Below, one piece after another: positions 29,426 through 32,780 of a DNA stretch of 32,780 bases. The DNA is from Ministeria vibrans ATCC 50519. Taxonomy: Eukaryota; Protista; Filasterea. The notes beneath the pieces were generated by a model. That model was not told where the DNA came from. It did no database searches and saw only the letters and a program-made list of their open reading frames with translations. Location of the stretch: NCBI GenBank assembly GCA_943704425.1, contig CALSCP010000473.1:14807-47586 (forward strand). The letters are read 5' to 3'. The first letter of the stretch is position 1, and each line of letters starts with the position of its first letter. Position numbers and translations under genes: made by a program.

Positions 29426-31213
29426 ATGTCATCGGAGGAGTCGAACAGCGAGTCGAGCAGCAGCGATGAAGACAACCGCTCGACGGTTGCCGAGGAGGCC
29501 CGCCTGTTCTCTCCGCTTCTTCGAGAGACAATTGGATGCGAACGGTGGACAGCGTTTGTGATGAGCTGGGAGCTGGTGAAGCGGGTGCTTCTCACCATCA
29601 TCGTGTTTGCTGTGTATCCCATCGCAACAGCCGTTCAATGCGCTCGTTTCTTCCGGCACCGTCGCAATGCCCCTGCCCCAACAACCGACGTCGCGCTTCA
29701 GTCTCTCCACGAGCCCCTCGTGCAAGGGGGTAGGAAGGAGCCGGATTTCTTCTTGAGCCACATGCGTGCATGGCGTGCCCTAACGCCTCGCGTGTGGATC
29801 TGCGCTATGTCTGTCGGTGACTACAGGTTGGCTGATGTGGCTTTTGCTGAATGTCCCCATGTCTGGCTGGCATCGACTATTTCTACGGCGCTTGTCTGGG
29901 CCCTTGCGAACACGACTTGGCTCTACAAATACTTCTCTACGTACACCAATATCTCCACATCACCCATATGTCACTATCAGACGTGGCCTCCCTTGGCTCT
30001 ATTCTACCTCCCCGTGGGCTTCAGCGGCGTCACACTCCTCTGCATGACCGTCGATTTGGCTCTTCTTGTCGGTCCGTTGCAGGAGAATTATTTGCGCAAC
30101 TGGAAAATGAGCAACCGGCTGAGTGAGAGCACAGTGACTCTGAACGACGTGAAGAGCCTTCTTCCGGTACTTGGCGATGCGTCGGGGGACCACTGGCATA
30201 CTTCTCAGGTCGATATCAATGAGCGTTCGCACAAAACATCTCCGTGGACCGTTTCCCTGTTCACCGTGCTCGTCCTCATATGCCTCACCTTCATGTGTGC
30301 TGGCCCGTGGGCCTCGCAGCCGATTCTCCACGCACTCCACCACGATGGTGCAGCGTTCAATTGTACCAACCAAAGGCTGGTCCCAACAGCTGTGCTTCTG
30401 CTAGCAGCGACTTCGTTCTACACGTCCACCGTCATGTGCCTCGGCCTCACGGTGGTAATTTCGTGGATTCTCATTGTTCTTTTCTCCCACTTGAGCTCGG
30501 CCATGGAGAGCATGTGGCAAGATGCCAAAATCAGCGAGCACTTTCTCGAGCGTGATGAGCTCGTAGTAGCTGCAGGTGCGAGAAAGTCAAGCGGAGGGAC
30601 CATGTGGATACCAGAGGACGCTGGTATTCATTTTCACGGGCCAATCAGTGGGATTCTTGGCCGACGGAAGTTTGACTGGAGCCAACCGCAAGAACAGATT
30701 CGCTTCCTGCTATACTATCGGCTTTACGCAGCGAAATTTGCCGAGGCCGAGGCTCGTCTCAACGGTCTGATGTTTGTCGTGCTCGGCGCATTTCTGGTGG
30801 TCATAGTGAGCTTCATATTGTTCGTGGTCTCCCACTCGGCCGCGCTGATAGCCACCATCACCATTCTGACCGTGATCATTGACCTCACCAGTTTAATGGT
30901 AATATTCATTGTGCTGGTGAGCGTTGTGTTGGTGCGAGCGACACGTGTGAATGAGTTCTCACGACGACACATGGTCACACTGCGCTCCGTACGTCGTGCC
31001 CTCCGTGCCGACCGTATCCTCTTTCGCGGTGCTGCCCGCTGGTCTGCACACGCCACCGTCCGCTTGCTCGTGCACACGGTGCGTACAGCACGCCAGCACG
31101 CGCTCCAACTCAGCTTCCTTGGCATTCGTATCTCCTCGAGTAGCGTTGGCGCACTCCTTTTCACCATGATGGTCGCCCTCGGCGGGCCGGTCATTGCACT
31201 ATTGATAAAGTGA
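29426..31213 (+). CDS. Multi-pass membrane protein (7-8 TM), candidate gustatory-receptor-like/7TM ion channel superfamily member
   Basis: 595-aa intronless ORF with about 8 hydrophobic segments. C-terminal pattern VLVRATRVNE...LQLSFLGIRISSSSVGALLFTMMVAL. Confidence 0.7.
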   Translation: MSSEESNSESSSSDEDNRSTVAEEARLFSPLLRETIGCERWTAFVMSWELVKRVLLTIIVFAVYPIATAVQCARFFRHRRNAPAPTTDVALQSLHEPLVQGGRKEPDFFLSHMRAWRALTPRVWICAMSVGDYRLADVAFAECPHVWLASTISTALVWALANTTWLYKYFSTYTNISTSPICHYQTWPPLALFYLPVGFSGVTLLCMTVDLALLVGPLQENYLRNWKMSNRLSESTVTLNDVKSLLPVLGDASGDHWHTSQVDINERSHKTSPWTVSLFTVLVLICLTFMCAGPWASQPILHALHHDGAAFNCTNQRLVPTAVLLLAATSFYTSTVMCLGLTVVISWILIVLFSHLSSAMESMWQDAKISEHFLERDELVVAAGARKSSGGTMWIPEDAGIHFHGPISGILGRRKFDWSQPQEQIRFLLYYRLYAAKFAEAEARLNGLMFVVLGAFLVVIVSFILFVVSHSAALIATITILTVIIDLTSLMVIFIVLVSVVLVRATRVNEFSRRHMVTLRSVRRALRADRILFRGAARWSAHATVRLLVHTVRTARQHALQLSFLGIRISSSSVGALLFTMMVALGGPVIALLIK

Positions 31214-31263
31214 ATCAAGGACGTTATATATAACATAATTATATTGAGATAGTCGTAGACTTG

Positions 31264-31266
<3 letters not shown>

Positions 31267-31350
<84 letters not shown>
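31267..31350. repeat. (GA)n microsatellite
   Basis: Directly visible. Confidence 0.92.
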
Positions 31351-31357
<7 letters not shown>

Positions 31358-31493
31358 CAGTCCGTCCGGGCATTGACATTTATTTGAACCGCACGCCCCA
31401 CGGCGCCCTATGCGTGCGGTTTAATTTCTTGCAACCCACAAACACACCCTCACTCATCACTATTCACTGCCATGCAGAAATTCAATCCTTTCT

Positions 31494-32374
31494 ATGTATT
31501 TTTTGGTACTGGTTGCCTGTCTGGTACCTATTGTCTGCGGCGACCAAGTGTCCGTCGGGGCTATCCGCTGGGATACGTGGAATTGCTGCGAGGATGATGT
31601 CAGCCAGCAAGTTCATCGAGCGCTGAAGCCGACGCAATTTCACGGACGTCTGCCGTGGTATGCGACTGTCAATGACACGGACATCTACTTCAACGGCAAC
31701 CGCCAAGAGGTGATGGATCAAGAGCTGCAGTACGCTCACGACGCTGGTGAGAAAAAAAAAAAGAAAACAAACAAAGTTTATTATGCAACTTTATCTTCAC
31801 TCGCCCAGGAATCAACTTCTTCGCGTACGACACCAATCGCATCTGGCCCACGGATGCACACGTGGACGCCTGTAACGACTACTGGGGTCCGCACGTGGCG
31901 CCCGGCTACAAGCCGATGGATCCGGGCTACTCGCTACGGCTGCACCTCAACTCGACGCAGCGCCATCTGGTCAACGTATCACTGGTGCTTCTGGGCGCAT
32001 CCCCAGTAACGCCCGAGCTGCGACCTCGCTACCTCCAGGTCTTGCGGGATCGCGCCTACCACCGGGTGCTAGATGGGCGGCCGCTGGTGTTTCTCTTCCA
32101 GGCCAGCGACCACGAAGCGGCCGTGGTGGGCGGTTGGACCGCCTGGCGCCGCCAGTGGGACGCTTTCCGCCTGGAGAGCGCCTCACAGGGCTCCGGCTGG
32201 CCTTATCTCGTCGCCATGGGGACCGGCTTCGGCGAGGCGCTGCACATTCAGCAGCAGCTCGGCTTTGATGCCGTCTCAGCGTATGCGCTGCCCGGCGGCG
32301 CTACGCTCGAAGGCGCACCGTACTCCGTCCAGCGCGAAAATGCCGACGCTTTTCTCAATGATGTCGAGGGTTAG
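31494..32374 (+). CDS. Secreted glycoside hydrolase-like (GH99/GH71-like TIM barrel) protein, 3' incomplete. Exons 31494-31746, 31809-~32369
   Basis: Signal peptide, VGAIRWDTW, RLPWYA, VMDQELQYAHDAGINFFAYD, YHRVLDGRPLVFLF, PYLVAM and GFDAVSAY. The frame ends at the first TTAGGG unit. Confidence 0.7.
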
Positions 32375-32404
32375 GGTTAGGGTTAGGGTTAGGGTTAGGG
32401 TTAG
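32367..32404 (+). repeat. Telomeric-type (TTAGGG)n array 1 (5 full units plus partial units)
   Basis: Directly visible; the G-rich strand points toward the right end of the window. Confidence 0.92.
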
Positions 32405-32728
32405 TCGTTTAAGCTTTGACATGAGTCTTTGTGGCTTTGAGTGCCTGCTGAGCACGTTGTGTTTGTTTGTTTGCTCTTGTGTTTGTTAGTGTGGCGCGTT
32501 TTATTACTTTTGTGTGTGACTGTGTTGTTTTGTTAATGTTTGTGATTGTTTGTTTTTGATATTATGTGTGTTGTTTTGGTATTTGTTCTTTGGTGTTGCT
32601 TGTAGTATCCTCTTGTGTGTTTTTGTGTTTGATGTGTGTGTTGAGGATCGCGATGTATTCCGAGTGGGCCCCATAAGCTGCTTGAGTATGTGTTAAACGT
32701 CTGAATACAATCGTAAAGTTCATGTCTC
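32405..32728. mobile_element. Candidate 324-nt non-autonomous element inserted in telomeric repeats
   Basis: Splits a TTAG^GG unit exactly. Imperfect subterminal inverted repeat GACATGAGTCTTT / AAAGTTCATGTC. No convincing ORF. Confidence 0.35.
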
Positions 32729-32768
32729 GGTTAGGGTTAGGGTTAGGGTTAGGGTTAGGGTTAGGGTT
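32729..32768 (+). repeat. Telomeric-type (TTAGGG)n array 2 (6 full units)
   Basis: Directly visible. Confidence 0.92.
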
Positions 32769-32780
32769 CAGTTTTATTCA

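Noticed and set aside
31261-31626. ORFs with (RE)n, (SL)n or (VR)n dipeptide runs
   Set aside because: These are translations of GA microsatellites and TTAGGG arrays, not genes.
32405-32728. Hammerhead ribozyme, telomerase RNA or next GH exon inside the inter-telomeric insert
   Set aside because: No CUGANGA/GAAA core was found. The telomeric match is a multi-unit array rather than a ~1.5-unit template. The candidate acceptors give short or stop-containing frames without GH motifs.

Overview
Gene-dense eukaryotic nuclear DNA with short GT-AG introns, AT-rich spacers, microsatellites, two assembly gaps and TTAGGG repeats at the right end. A merlin/ERM gene suggests a unicellular holozoan-type protist (inference). 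Hand-spliced models give 13 protein-coding genes. Left to right: an F-BAR-like RhoGAP (5' partial), a protein with three tandem double-zinc-finger modules, a kelch/EGF receptor TKL kinase, a tail-anchored coiled-coil protein, a secreted hypothetical protein, RidA, a polyproline + CHUP1-like protein, a WD40-like polyQ/H protein, mitochondrial EF-Tu and a merlin/ERM protein. These are followed by an accessory-looking distal block: a GHKL ATPase, an acidic orphan and a multi-pass membrane protein. A 14th gene, a secreted glycoside hydrolase-like ORF, runs directly into telomeric repeats. Strongest leads: (1) an intron-containing prokaryote-type GHKL ATPase with a CARD/death-fold-like N-terminus; (2) a non-plant protein with the polyproline + CHUP1 C-terminal actin-assembly architecture; (3) a 324-nt element sitting exactly at TTAG^GG within a telomeric array; (4) a candidate insect-chemoreceptor-like 7TM ion channel. 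All family assignments rest on motifs recognised by eye; no searches were run.
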